64,000 bases of DNA from the NCBI GenBank assembly GCA_053919585.1, contig CM132786.1; one strand, 5' to 3'. The stretch comes from Euprymna scolopes (lineage: Eukaryota). Under the pieces are notes generated by a model. The model searched no databases and was not told the DNA's origin. It worked only from the letters and a program-made list of their open reading frames with translations. This document shows, in pieces, positions 37,441-51,279 of the stretch (positions are counted from its first letter, which is position 1; each line of letters opens with the position of its first letter). The translations under genes and the position numbers were made by a program.

Positions 37441-39252
37441 AATCTAATATTTTAAAACAAATGACAGGCATCCGGTTATTAACTGTTTACAACACACATA
37501 CATTGTTACTTTTACAATATGAAAAAATAACAGCCGACAAAGCTAAAAGCTTCATAAGCTAAGCTTTTACATAAGAATTGAAAACAAGTGTATGTGCTGC
37601 CACACAAAACTTGATAGTGTGTGCTACTTAAAATCCAGCCGTACGATCGACCGAGTATGGTTGCTATACAATGGAGCAAAATATGTAACGATCTGCTGAA
37701 CCATCTATACAATGTTATCTATCGAACATAAAATAATGTTATCGAAAAAGAAGGAGAAAATAGCAACATTATAAATTGTTCGTGTTCCAAGTTACACTGT
37801 GCTAAACAAGATAAAAGGGAAACGATAATATAATAACATATATTTCGTAGGGCATGAAAAGAAACTAGAATCTTTAGAGATCTCTATCAGTGCAATAATG
37901 CTACAAACAACTGCAGTACAAAAAAATGTCTACATGACAAATATATCGGATATATAAAGCGGTAGGAATCTTTAAAATATCAATATCTTGGGAGGCATGA
38001 GATGGCTGTTAAATGTCCGAAATCAGGCAGTGTGATCAATAAACAGCAAGTAGAGAATGAAAAAATAGAAACATCGCACGATTTAGAGCAAACAATAACT
38101 GTCTGTTTGTATAACAAACATTATAAGAGGGTTACCAGACTTTATATTCTTGTGGGTATTCAACCACTATATCTTTTTGGAATATGATGCGTTTAGCGGA
38201 AAATAAATGAAGGTTCCCCGTATACTTAATGCATTTTGTGTTAGATACGAGAAAAAAGAAAAAGATCGAACGTGACTTGCAGAGCAGAAAATAAGTAACA
38301 TTCGACTGTCAAATTTGAGGGAAATTTTCGATTTGAAGCCATCGTTTTATAAACACAAATAAGATTATCATTATACACTAGTATTAAATGCAGTCTCTGT
38401 TATCTAATTGTAAATGCACATACGTTGATCTTATTATTTTTTCTAAAATCTGACAGTATATCGTTCGAGTATGTTGATAAATGTAAAACGTTCTTTACGT
38501 TTAAACAATCAAAGTTTTATATTTTAATTCAAGTTAAAGTTTTATATTTAGTTGTGATTTAATTAATTGTTTGTCTGCAAAAAGTAAAAATACAGATACA
38601 TATACTGATATATAAGTTTAATTAGATTTCGTTGTTTGTTAACAGAAACAGCTTTTGTTTTGCATTGAATTGTCGCAATGAAACAACATATTTTCGATAA
38701 ATGTTTCCTTAAATTATAAACCTCCAGCAATGTTCTTAAAGCGAATATATTACTAGACTTTCCTAGGACGGATTATATATACGTCGGAAAAAATATCAAT
38801 CGTACAGGAAAAAAAAATATTAAAAAAGTGTGTATGATTTTTAGAACATATTCTATTATACATTTCTGTTGGTGAGATTATTCAGAGGCAAAATGTCATA
38901 ATCTATCGAACATTTCCCTCAGCAGAACAAAATTGGGTTCTTTTCACGCTATCCGATACATAAATAGTTCATTTTGATTTCCTCTGGGAAAACGTCTCTT
39001 ATATGACATATGCAGAAATAATGTGTGAAATAAAACCTTGCAACGGTATGTTCATTCAACAGACTGTAATCTCATAAAGTAAAGATTATGCCAAAATACA
39101 CCCATACACATTCATACATATATATATACACACACACACATATATATATCTATATATATATATACATATATATACATAATTTATTTATTTTGTTCCTGAT
39201 AATTCCCTCGCTAGAGGTCACATCCTCAGTATGTTAGCGAGCACCTTCTCTA

Positions 39253-39300
39253 CTCTTCTGATGAGAAGTATTAGGCTTCGAAATACCTTGGTATAAAAAG
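39253..39300 (+). ncRNA. Type I hammerhead ribozyme with complete catalytic core
   Basis: CUCUU-CUGAUGA-GAAGU-auuag-GCUUC-GAAA-UACC-uu-GGUA-UA|AAAAG. Stems II and III pair fully, stem I has one mismatch, and the cleavage triplet is AUA. Confidence 0.8.
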
Positions 39301-39959
39301 GCCACTTAATTCCCCCTCAAAATTCATATGTATTCTTTTTAAATCAATGATTCATTCTATATTTTCATAAATATATAATATTTCTGAATTCATTTTCCAC
39401 TCCTATTGTCTCACGCNNNNNNNNNNNNNNNNNNNNNNNNNNNNNNNNNNNNNNNNNNNNNNNNNNNNNNNNNNNNNNNNNNNNNNNNNNNNNNNNNNNN
39501 NNNNNNNNNNNNNNNNNNNNNNNNNNNNNNNNNNNNNNNNNNNNNNNNNNNNNNNNNNNNNNNNNNNNNNNNNNNNNNNNNNNNNNNNNNNNNTATATCT
39601 CCCAAAATTAATGATGTTGACTATCACATTATTTATTCCTAGTATTCAGATGACTTTTACAATTCTAGACAGTATCCATCTTGTAGCGCAAAATCAATCA
39701 CTAAATTATTATATACAATACATTGAACCTATAATGCATTCCAAGGGCATAATAGATTAATTGATTGAGATAATAATTAATTGTTTTGCGCGACGTCACT
39801 GTCAATAATAGTAAAAGTTAACTGAATTAAAAGACATGAATTATAATATGGTCAACATCATGCATGTTAGTTTGTTGTCATTTATTCTCTATATTGCTCT
39901 GTAATTACATTGAGTTTCTTAAATATAGATTGGCATATATTATAAGAAAATATATATAT

Positions 39960-40020
<61 letters not shown>

Positions 40021-40021
<1 letters not shown>

Positions 40022-41379
40022 TAGCCGATGTACCCGAGCTTTGCTACGGATATATTTGTATTACACAATACTAATTGGCATTCTTTTAATATTTGTGTAA
40101 GTACAGGTTTGAAACCAACACTTCTGGGTAAACGACATTTCTTGTACCACTGGTAAAAATGTAGACGAAAGTTCTTCATTACGTAGAAAAACAAACTGTA
40201 CAGGTCCATTTTCAGTTTGTGTTGCTCCCAAAAATGTAAATTAGGATTTTTGCGGATAAACTATGCTTGGTTGTGTATATAAAAAGTACCCCATTTTTAA
40301 TAAAGGAATGACTTTAACATAAAAATTTAATAAACAAAAGATACGGCAAAAATTGAATTACGCTTGTAAATCATCTCTAAAAATAGCACGGTTCGTAAAC
40401 TGCAGAAGTACTAAACAGATAAAAACACCCGCATTTTTGTACTTCTGCAATTATTTTTCTTTGAGTGACGCTGAGACATAAAGCGACACCCCCTCCCCCC
40501 GAAAAAAACCATAATTACATCAAAACTCCCCCACACAAATATATATTATCAACTAAATCTATTACCCAGACAGGAACACATAAGCTCTTTCTCAAAAGAA
40601 AATCGAAGAACAAAAAGTGAAAAAAAAACGCGTAGGAATATATCTGATATAAAAAGCATTACTTTACCTTGTTTCTTTTTCAAAGTCTTATGAAAACGGT
40701 CATAAAATTCGGACTGTCAAGTGAATAGTTGAAAAATGATTTTAAAATCGTCCGTCGGAAATAAATTTTAACCTTTTACTCACACCTTACAATGAATCGA
40801 CATTTATAGCCGATACTTTAATAGATGACTAACGATTTAAAATAATTCGTCGAAAAATAAACTCATCCTTAGCCTAATTATTTATTTTTTTATCAATATT
40901 TGTAACTTTAAATTCATAGAAAATAAATAATTAAAACAAATCATTTCATCACCATATCTCTCGATTTGGTTAAAAACTATATCCGTTCATAACCGGGAGT
41001 GAAATATCAGTGAAAATCACTTAAAATGTGCCAGTTTAGCAAATAGTACAAAATAACTTGAATTAAAATAATTTAAATAAATAAACTTTAAATAATACTA
41101 TTAAATAGAACACTTACATCAATTACATTACTATAATCAGTAATTTTAATTGAGCGAATTATTTAATAAGATTTTGTTTAATATAATATGCAAATTAGAT
41201 TTGTTCTATTATGTGCATTGCCTTCAATATAGTGTATATATATTGATTGTGATGCTATTTAGTTATATAGAAAATCTTATAGTAAATAAAATTTATATAG
41301 ATAACCGTTTTCAGCAGGAAGTTTTGTATATATTAATCAAATTGTGAACAAACAAACAACCGAACAGACAGGGCTACGG

Positions 41380-41390
<11 letters not shown>
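40021..41390 (-). mobile_element. Non-autonomous Helitron-like element
   Basis: The reverse complement ends ccgtagcaaagctcgggtacatcggCTAG|T (hairpin plus CTAG). The element sits between (TA)n tracts. Confidence 0.65.
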
Positions 41391-41433
<43 letters not shown>

Positions 41434-41558
41434 TATATATATATAGTGATGGTAGGGTAGTTCCAACGAGAGAAAACTGTATATTTAAAATAGTGTAGCT
41501 ATCAACAATTGTGTGGTGTTTAGCCTTTCATCATCTTTTTATTTTAAAATATTTGTAT

Positions 41559-41592
41559 GACGTGTTTGAAGCTGTGGTTCGCTTTCTTCAGA
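41559..41592 (-). ncRNA. Degenerate minimal type I hammerhead
   Basis: Reverse complement: CTGAAGA-AAGC-gaaccaca-GCTT-CAAAC-ACGTC (G12 lost). Confidence 0.55.
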
Positions 41593-42299
41593 TAATTTCG
41601 GGAAAAGGTTTTTTTTTTACATTAGAATTTGTAATGTTATTTTTACATCTGCTGATACTAAATGTGTGTTTTCAGAGAGATGTGGCCTAAGACACCCTGT
41701 CTCCAATAGTAAGTGTTGCTAGTCTCCGGTCAGAGTTAATTTCAAAGATTTCGGTCCCTTTAGCGAAGGTTTTGTTTTTTTTTATGAATTTCTTTCCACA
41801 TATATAGCACATATTTACCCACAATCACACACCCATACATATACATACATGTATATATACACATGCACACAAACAATNNNNNNNNNNNNNNNNNNNNNNN
41901 NNNNNNNNNNNNNNNNNNNNNNNNNNNNNNNNNNNNNNNNNNNNNNNNNNNNNNNNNNNNNNNNNNNNNNNNNNNNNNNNNNNNNNNNNNNNNNNNNNNN
42001 NNNNNNNNNNNNNNNNNNNNATCTTGTTTGTGTGTGTACTTACACTTATGTTTGGGTAACTGAATACATGTATGAATATGTGATTTGATTAGTAAAGAAA
42101 GGGTCTTCTGATTGGATGTTTTTTATAATAAATGAATTAAACGATCGAATAAAACAATAAAGAAAAATAGATGGTTATTATTTTGTATTTAAAAACGTAA
42201 TAGAAGCCGTAATGGGCACATTTAAAATAGAAAGAAGAAGAAAAAAAGTGCAGTCATCATACACCAAAAAATAAAAAAAAGGGAATTTACAATTGCACT

Positions 42300-45200
42300 A
42301 ATTGACTTGCACGCAGGTCAGATCTCATTTGACCCCGTCAATCAAACAGCCCGGCGACTTTCAGCAGAAGTATTGCCGAGAATCCGCAATGAGGGTGATA
42401 CGACGTGGCCAAGATTTCGATGATTTGGATAATAGAAAATTCTGCTCTGTTTTCAAATTTTGTAATGCTTCCAAAGTGTATTAATAAAAGACCAGAATCG
42501 GACGGTTTCCTGAAGTATAATACCTTTTTAAAGAGAAATTATTTTAAGAATAAGTTTCGAACTCTTCGCGGAACTTTGTTCGACGGTTTAGGATATAGCG
42601 TTAAACCGTCCACTTGTATCGGCCTAGGTGGGTATGGTCAAATTTGTTCGACCGTGCCGCCGGCTGTGGTGAAGAGCAAGTAAAAATCTGGATGTTTTTG
42701 CCGTCGAGTATTTTAGAATTCGGAGTTTCTGAAGTTGTTGTGGGTTTATGAAATAAGTGCTAAATACCTATAAAATGTGAAAATGCCGCCAAGAAGTCAT
42801 ATAGGAATAGAACAGACAATAGAGATTATAAATTAAGAGAGATCAAATAACGGCGAAACTGACGAGCCGTGTCTGATATGACGTGCACTGTTGCCGTGCC
42901 TGATGTGCAGCTATGCCTTTACAGAGTCACTTTAGGAGACCCTTTTCTGTAATCAAAATACCACATTTTCTTTGCTAGTCGTCAGGTAAATGTTATTGAT
43001 AAACACCCGTATTAGAAGCGAATTTTGAATATTTAAATTATCATGTGAGGAATTTAGGGTGACTGTAACGCTTGCATTATAGAATAACACATGAAAATCA
43101 AAGAACGTCTATCTAATGAAGCTAGTACGGATAAAAGGAGCCGAGAGAATGGAGATATTAAGAAAACTAGTTACGTTGTAATCACGTAGTCACACCAGTA
43201 AGCAAACGTGGTGAGTGTTTTTGAACCTGTGGGGCATTTATCAGAGAGTATTACGAAGGAACAACAGCTTCGGTGAAACATTTAACTATGCAACATCTAA
43301 CTAGTAATCAAGGATGTGCAGAAATATGACCAAAATATAAAAACCTTGGAAACTGAGTTGCGGTTATTACCACAGCAGTGGGTCGTTCAATATAATTATT
43401 GAAAGGGGGCTGAATAGATTGGAAAACAGAGCGAAAAGGGTAGTGACTGCGAGAAATTTCAAGGTTTTCTGGACTCGATATTAAATACTAGAAGCAGTGG
43501 GCTTCACGTTGCTGGATAGTACAGGTCTTTAGGGTATAAAAGGTAGAGAGTGTGTCAATTCTATAATTTGCCCATTGCGGGTCCTGTAAGAAGAAATACG
43601 AAAGGTTTCCTGCATAGTAAAGAGGAACGCGTTTAGTTAAGGAGTATTGTTGAAGAAATTCGGATGAAGATATATGAAACGTATCCCAAAAATTCAAGAC
43701 ATACGCATTCAGAAAATAAACGCTGTTGAGGAAAACCTGTACGATGAATTATGAAAAGTGTTCTGCAAAGTAGAGAGGGAAATATTTCAAGAAACTGTCT
43801 ACTATGACTAAATATACAAGCTTTCCGGTATTGTAGAGACGAAAGGATCGAAACAAATGTCGAAAAATTACCGGCACGGTGAGTAGTAGAGTATCCAAAG
43901 AAGAAGTAAATAAACTACGCATAAAGGATTAGACAATAATCAGAAATCCTTAGTCAAATAAATCAGGAGGGGTTCTAAATATTTACTATTACAAACGTGG
44001 GAGAGTTCTTTTTCGAGTGAGAGTTTGTAGATTACAAAAGATCGAAGAAAAGGAATACATAGAAGTTTTTTTTTTAATTTCCTTTAATTGGCTTATTACT
44101 AATCCTGATCAAGAAATATTGAACGGATTCGTTAAGGTAGAGGCATATACATCCAAAGTAGATGAATTTTTTTCATAAATACATCTCGCGATTTACATGT
44201 TTTGATAAGGCTAACGCTGACTGAGCACTCGTCAGCTGTATGTAGTTAACACATATAAGAGTGAGGTTTTATTCCCTTGAGTTAAGGCAATTCCAGGTGT
44301 CATAATAGTTGAGCACTCGCGAGAAATTCAAAAAGATGCGGTTAATAACGCGTGATTGTTTAGACTGCCTCTGAGTTTGGAGAAAAAATATCGGGATCTG
44401 GACAAATGTCATGGAAGGTTGGACTTCAATTGACAATATTAAACATCTCCTGGACGTGTCCTGATTAAACCGCCCACATCCGGGTGCGGTTGTACCTTAC
44501 TTGAATTGCCAAGAAAGTTAAAAGAAAGAAGTCTATAATGGATAGAGTAAATTGGAAAGTATCCCAGACTAGGTAAAAAGTAAAGATGTAAATTGATCAT
44601 GGGCCAGCTTTTATAACGTAGTGGCGGTGTGAAATTTGATGAGCATGATAACGAGTTTGATTGCAAGGTTGGTAGCGAGGAGGTGGTTTAATAGAAAGAA
44701 AGTGAGAAGGTTTGAAGTCTCAATAGACGCCTCATTTTGTCGTGCATCGTTGACTAGTGTAGCATAAGTTAAAATGATGACCACAAACATAGCAGATGCA
44801 GATTCCAATGCGACCCCAGTAGAATTATAAAGAACACGGAAGCAAACTAATAGATCAAATAAAAATTGACTTTGATATTTCTTATGGACTATTTTTAAGA
44901 GAAAGGTGAACAAAAAACTGTCCTGTGTAAAATTTAACTCCTGATAAGACCGTAAACCAATGTGAGATAATTGAATAAAAACAAGGATAATAAAAAAAGC
45001 GAGTGTTCATATCTAGATAGAATTATTGCAAATCTGGTTTTGTTCCGAAAAATGCACTGGAAAAAGAAAGGCAAGAAGGATTGACCTCGTGAGAGACCAC
45101 GAGCCAACGGGAGGTAATTTCTAAATCAAGAAAACACAGATGGATTGCGTTTTTTGCACGGAAGTGAACATAATAATCGTATTATAAGAACTTTTTGACA

Positions 45201-46110
45201 AAACCGTTTATTGACTAACGTTTAAACCCGAATCCAACTAGGTAATGGTAAAGGGGAGAAAATCTTTTAAAACGTAGCAGGCGAGTAATCGTTATTGATT
45301 AGAACTGAATTTCTTCTCCATAATGACATATACCAGGACATATATACTATTTTCTTGCGTAGATATATACCCTTAGCAGGTATAGAGCATAGTAAATAAA
45401 TTTTGATTCATTTACAAGTTGATTGTTAGTCGAAGGGATAGCGTTGATGAGCGATAAGGTATCGCCGAACGTTGACTGCCAGAATGATAATGGGATACTA
45501 GACCGATCACAGATATATCAACGACTGACGTGAGGATTGTGGACAGGTTAGTCAACCATTTCCTTTGGAAGTTAGGTGAGCTAAGTTTGCAAATGTGACC
45601 CAACCACTTATGATGGTCGAAAATTGCCCCGAGGGAGCATGAGAGCAAAATTAGAACTTTTATGTGTGTTACCAATCTCAGGGGTTTCAGAAAGTGACTT
45701 TGTTATTTAAAGATGATTGCTAATGAAAATAGCCAAACAATTCACTGATAGTGATAGGGATATTGTTTTGTAAAGCGGATTATTAAGTGGTTTTGTGTCA
45801 TGATTTATTTTACAAGTTACGTTAAAATGAAAGCCGTGGTTTGGCATGTATGCGGAGATAATGGAAAATTTGATTTTCTGTCATAAAGATTACCTAATAA
45901 ATATGCACAGGAGATGTGGCCAATTAGCCAATCAAGACAAATCAATGTGTATCGTGATGAAGGGGGATTGATTGGATTAGAACGCTCAGATTCGCAAAAC
46001 CTCATCCGACCAGTACGTTTAAAAAGGGGAGCGGAGCGATTTTGAAGTTTGTTGTTAGTCACAAGTCGAGAGTAAAAATATAGGTCTGCTATCATCCCGC
46101 GACCCCCCGT
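42300..46110 (+). mobile_element. Heavily decayed tyrosine-recombinase retrotransposon (DIRS/Ngaro-like)
   Basis: KAIPGV..ALAR (RNase H-like, ~44285), GAVVP (~44482), and FLRRYIPLAGIE plus VDRLVNHFLWK (YR-like, 45350-45575). Boundaries are uncertain. Confidence 0.4.
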
Positions 46111-46589
46111 ATACTAACACTCCTATAAAAAAAGGAGAGAAATCATTGCTGAAAATCATTTCCTTTGTATTACTATTAAAGTACACTGTTTGACAAAATA
46201 CATTGCATATATTTTTATTGTACATTCTTCCTGCTTTTAATTACAAAAAATAATTGATCCATATAAAACTGATCCCAAATTTCGCAGAGAGTCAGTTCTT
46301 CGTTTCTTACAGTATTTCAATTAAACTTCAATGGAATGATACCAAATGCAAGCAAGAGGAAATAGTAGTCATCATAACGTACTACATTTGGCCCGCAATT
46401 CATATCGTCTGTAGAAACTTCAGTTGTATACGTTTAACATTTTATTTATTTGTTTTAAATTTATATCTTCCTCACCTACAAAATAACTATTGTGACAAGA
46501 ACTGCAGGCATCCAAGACTAGAAGCAACCAAGACTATTCTATCGGACTTCCCTTGGGGTTCGAATTTCATGAACCCCCATCTGGCGTCA

Positions 46590-46742
46590 GTTGAAATAAA
46601 TGGCTCTCGTCTTGGGAGGGGGTCCATGTTTTGACAAGCTTCTGGTATTTACCATTACTCCTGATGTAAGATGGAATACGTACATCAAATCCCTTGCCAA
46701 GCTTACTGGAAAAATGGTAAATTCATTCTATCTATCCCGTTG
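46590..46742 (+). mobile_element. CR1-Zenon-like fragment
   Basis: Nucleotide similarity to the reverse complement of 17690-17835 (tttgacaagcttctgg..accattactcctgat..tggaa.acgta..ctggaaaaatggt). Confidence 0.8.
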
Positions 46743-47070
46743 ATGTCTACCTCGATGAAATCATCTACCTGTTTTGTATTAATTTTTTTTAATTCAAAAA
46801 TTAAAATAAATATATATTTAAACAATTTGATAATAATTTTAGTAATTATTTTATTTTACATTATATTTTTATATTTTACATTTATTTGTTTTTCTATCAT
46901 TTATTCAGTTTTAGTATTTAATATTTAAATTCGAAATACTCTGTTTAAAATCGGTTTTACTTTTGTTCCGATTTCTGTTAAAATTTTGGATTCCAAAATT
47001 AAAAAAAGAACGTATATATTCTAATCATATTTTTATCCTAGACACATACTTTTCTCTGTATATATAGATA

Positions 47071-47107
<37 letters not shown>

Positions 47108-48039
47108 GTATATATACCCATATACATGTATACAAGAAGATAATTTCAAAATTCAATTCAAGATTTCTCAACAAGATGCAAAAGATATAATATCTGAGAC
47201 AGAGAATAGTATAAGGGGAACTGAATATAAAGTCTGAAAATTAAATTTACAATACATTTATTCACCTAAAATCAATACGAAAAAAATACTAAAAATTATT
47301 TCCATTGTGTTTCAATGATTGCCTTATATCGTCACATGAAACGTAGTTAGTAAAATGATGCCCGCAGGCAGTCTTCTATTTGTGGTTATAGATTAATCGT
47401 AAACTTAAATTTGTCAAGAAAGCATACTTGTTTTAACGATAAGATACCGAAATAGATGTATTAAATTATATAGTGGTAAAGTTCAAGACCCAATGTAGAA
47501 ATGTTCAGTTTAGTTATATAATTCAAAGACAATGGAAAATTTCGATTTTCTATAATATAGATGCATATGATATAGTAAAAAAGATTAGAACCATAATGTA
47601 TTGAGGATAATATCTTAAGCAATCATTAAAAAACTGCTATAATTTGAGATCATAAAAATTAAGTGGGCAGTTTATATTATTCCTCGTCAGAAAAAGAATG
47701 AATATGTCTGTCATCTAAAGACAGAATATAAGTAAAACATTTAACAAAAAATGATATGTAATATAAGGGTAAGGAAGGGCCTTCAATTTTGTTAGAACAA
47801 ATAGAGGTTTTCCTCAATAATTAGTAAGTCAATGTGGCCTATATATATGCATCCTTTTCTGCTTTTCGGCTTCTACAATTATTTTTTTGGTAAGACGGAG
47901 ATATTTCTTCATTAGATCCAATTCCTAAATTTGGTTGAGGATAATGAGTTTTATAAGTTATCCGGTATACTCATTAATTACCATTTTTTGCGCAGACAGG
48001 TACTTTTCAATATATAAATGCTGGCATTGTGCACTGTAA

Positions 48040-50790
48040 TCTTTTTAAAAATTCAATTTACACCCGAAACAAGACATGTCCCATTATAAGTCAGGGGTTA
48101 TTACCGTGAACGCCAATTGCATGGATATTATATAGAGAGATAAGCAGCAAGATTTACACTACACTTTTACTCCTGCATATCAGTATAGTTGAAAAAAGGC
48201 AAATCCTTGGAAGGGAGTTCAAATGTTTAGCACATCTGGAGAATAAACTATTGGAGTCGAAGGCTTACTTACACCCAGGGATGTGTATGCGTGGGATTTT
48301 GCTGCGTATCGGGTTTTTGTGTGTATTTATGTCGTGGGGATACGTGCTTGTAGTTTCTCAGAGTATTCACCATTGATATACTCGTAGGGCAAGTAAGTGT
48401 ATGCAACATTTCGTCGTTGGGAAACGGCCTGAAGCTGAGATGACAGTTCAGGGCCTACCAGGTTGGCGACTATCTTTTGAGCCCTGTCCAGAAGTGAGAG
48501 ACTAGTAGCAGATGCACCAGCCCAAATCTAACAACAGTTCTTCATACATAGAGGAATGGTGGACATACAGTTTATTTTCAGACTGAGTAGTTTTCTAGCA
48601 CTGTGTAGAGGCAATGATGACAATGTGTCTGTTTTAATGCATGTTTCTTGTGAACGTAAGGCCGAGGGGTTTTAATGATGTACTTTCAGGTAATGTTTTA
48701 AGCCATTGATATTCGTGATAGAGAAGGTTTCTTGTAATATTGAAGGAAACAAGCTTATTCTTGACATCATTGAATATTACCGTCTATTTTGTCCTCATTC
48801 CCTTTCAAACTGGAGGATTCGCTAGTGTTTCTACTAATTCCATATATATGTATTCATTTGTTTTCCCCTCGTGTATGATAGAGCGGGTGTTATCAGCAAA
48901 TATACATATCTCAGAGAAAATTTTACCAGGGATGTCATTTAGGAATATTAGGAATAATAAATGTCCTAGAATATACTCCTACAATAATTCCGCATTTATG
49001 TGTTCTTTAGATTAACGGCTATCGAGAACAACCTTTATTCTTCTATTACGTTTAATACTATTTAGGATTTGATCTCGTTATGTATTCCACAACTGATTCG
49101 ATATTATCTAATTTTCCTTAAAAGATCATCATACCCTGCCAAAAGCCTTAGATATGTGAACGGTATATAAGGTTATATGCTGTGGAACGGGCTTGTATAT
49201 TTCCATATTGATGATCGGTCAGAAGTTTGTAAGGTTATTGACTAGAGCTTGATTAATTATGGACTCAAAGATGCTGGCGAAAAGTGGGAGGAGGTTGATG
49301 GGAAGATAATTTTATAGGTCTGTTCTATTTTTCAGAATTTTGTAAAACTGGTACCACAGAAAGAATTTTGTAACAGTAAACAAAGCAATAATCATTAAAG
49401 CATTTGTTGTAAAGTTTGAAGAAAACTTGATTAACTTTAGCGAGACATTTTTTAATAGCACAGCCAGGATGATATTGGGTCCACAAGCTTTCGAAATATC
49501 AAATTTTTTTATGATATCATGCGCCTAAGAAGAGGTAGTTTTCAGATCATCTAGTGTGGCGTCTCTCCGCATAGGAAAGTGTGGGAGGGAGTGTTTTTTG
49601 TGTCCAATGTTGAGTTGAGGCAAACCGACTAGCAAGCATGTTAGCTTTCTCATTGCCGTGAACACAGCTACAGGATACTTTAATAGTGGGGGAATTGTTA
49701 ACTGCCTATTTATTACTACACTGTTGTAGATTTTACAAAAGTCAAAGGTTCCTAATTTCTGTGATTCGATGCTTTTTATGTGGGTTCAGTATATTCCTTC
49801 TTAGCTGTCGCTATTTCTCTTGTACAATTCCGTCTAGCTACTGGACTTATTATCGATAGAATCTGCGGTACGCATTCTTCATTTGAGCAATGGCAGCTGC
49901 ACAATTAGATGTAAACCATTGGAGAGTGTTGTGTTTGCTATAGAATTTCCGCGTTAGACCATGTGCTACAATTGCAGTTCTGAACCATTAAGTGGTCTCA
50001 GTTGCGCACTGTTAAGCTGGGAGAGAAAATTATATTTCCTCATGGGACATCTCTGATGAGATGCCTGGTGGATTCCCAGCCAGCCTTTTTTATAATACCC
50101 CGTTGTTTGAAGTGGCTTTTCAGATTTATGTCGAGATTTTAGTGCGATTTCTGGCGTTATTAGATTACGATTTCTACCATTATTACCATCATTACAGTAT
50201 TACTATTATTCAGCATTCCCGAGTGGGCATTGATTACAGTCATCGGGAACTGTGATCAGCAATAGAGAAAGAGTGTAGCATGTTTATCTTGCTGGTCTGG
50301 GAAACGTGTCGGAAATGTAACCGTCTGTCACAGGGAATGAGATATACACAAGATATGTTTGTGCTACGAACTGCCTCTGTGTAAGTAGTGAATCCAAGAC
50401 AGTTAATGTTGTGGACATTGATATCACCAACTACATGTACTTCTGCTCTAATGTTGAGGGAGAGTGCTGTATCTATGCTGCCAGAGTGTTTACAAGAGTA
50501 CAGTCATGGGTCAAGCGAGAGAGGTAGAGAAAATATAAGTAGCTTATTCTATATTGCATGTTTAGTCTGAAACACATAAAGGCCTGGTACTCTGATTCTA
50601 TTTTTGTTTTTCTAGTCAGTGGGAGGGTGTTCATTTCGGAGGTTGGGAGTATCTATTCTAACAACCGGTCATACCATGGAAAGATTGGGGGTTTATTAAG
50701 AAAACTGTGCTGAACATGAGTAGGTTAGGTGTGGCCAACAATAACAACCGTACTTTACTTATGCTACCCCGGGTAACGGCCCCTGTTAGT
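48040..50790 (-). mobile_element. Decayed, near-full-length CR1-Zenon-like LINE (same subfamily as 13314-14148)
   Basis: 48060-48780 aligns with 13334-14100 (e.g. agtgagagactagtagcagatgcaccagcccaaat). EN/RT motif remnants extend to ~50600. Confidence 0.85.
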
Positions 50791-50906
50791 ATATTATAAT
50801 AATACATAAAATAGCTTCATGTTATTCGTAGCTATTATTTTAGAGCCCCGAGGAGGCCAGTTTACATCGAAACGTAGTTCGATCTGTGTAGCCTGTGTTT
50901 TATGTT

Positions 50907-50988
<82 letters not shown>

Positions 50989-50993
<5 letters not shown>

Positions 50994-51131
50994 ACCCACA
51001 GACAGTATTTTTTCGCGGTATCGCAGCTAATCAGTGCGGCTGGAAAGCCAACTAACTACCTCAGGCTTGGATCGAAACCCGACCGCCCGTACGACAAATA
51101 AGGCTTCTAACCATTACGCTAATCCGCGGCT
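50989..51131 (-). mobile_element. tRNA-derived SINE
   Basis: On the reverse complement: A box TAGCGTAATGG, B box GGTTTCGATCC and a tail shared with the 27655 copy, ending in (TA)n. Confidence 0.8.
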
Positions 51132-51205
51132 GCTGTGCGAGTAGTGAATTAACAATGTTATGACATCGTCGGGAATACCGAATCCCGATTTGTTTATACA
51201 AAGAG

Positions 51206-51279
<74 letters not shown>

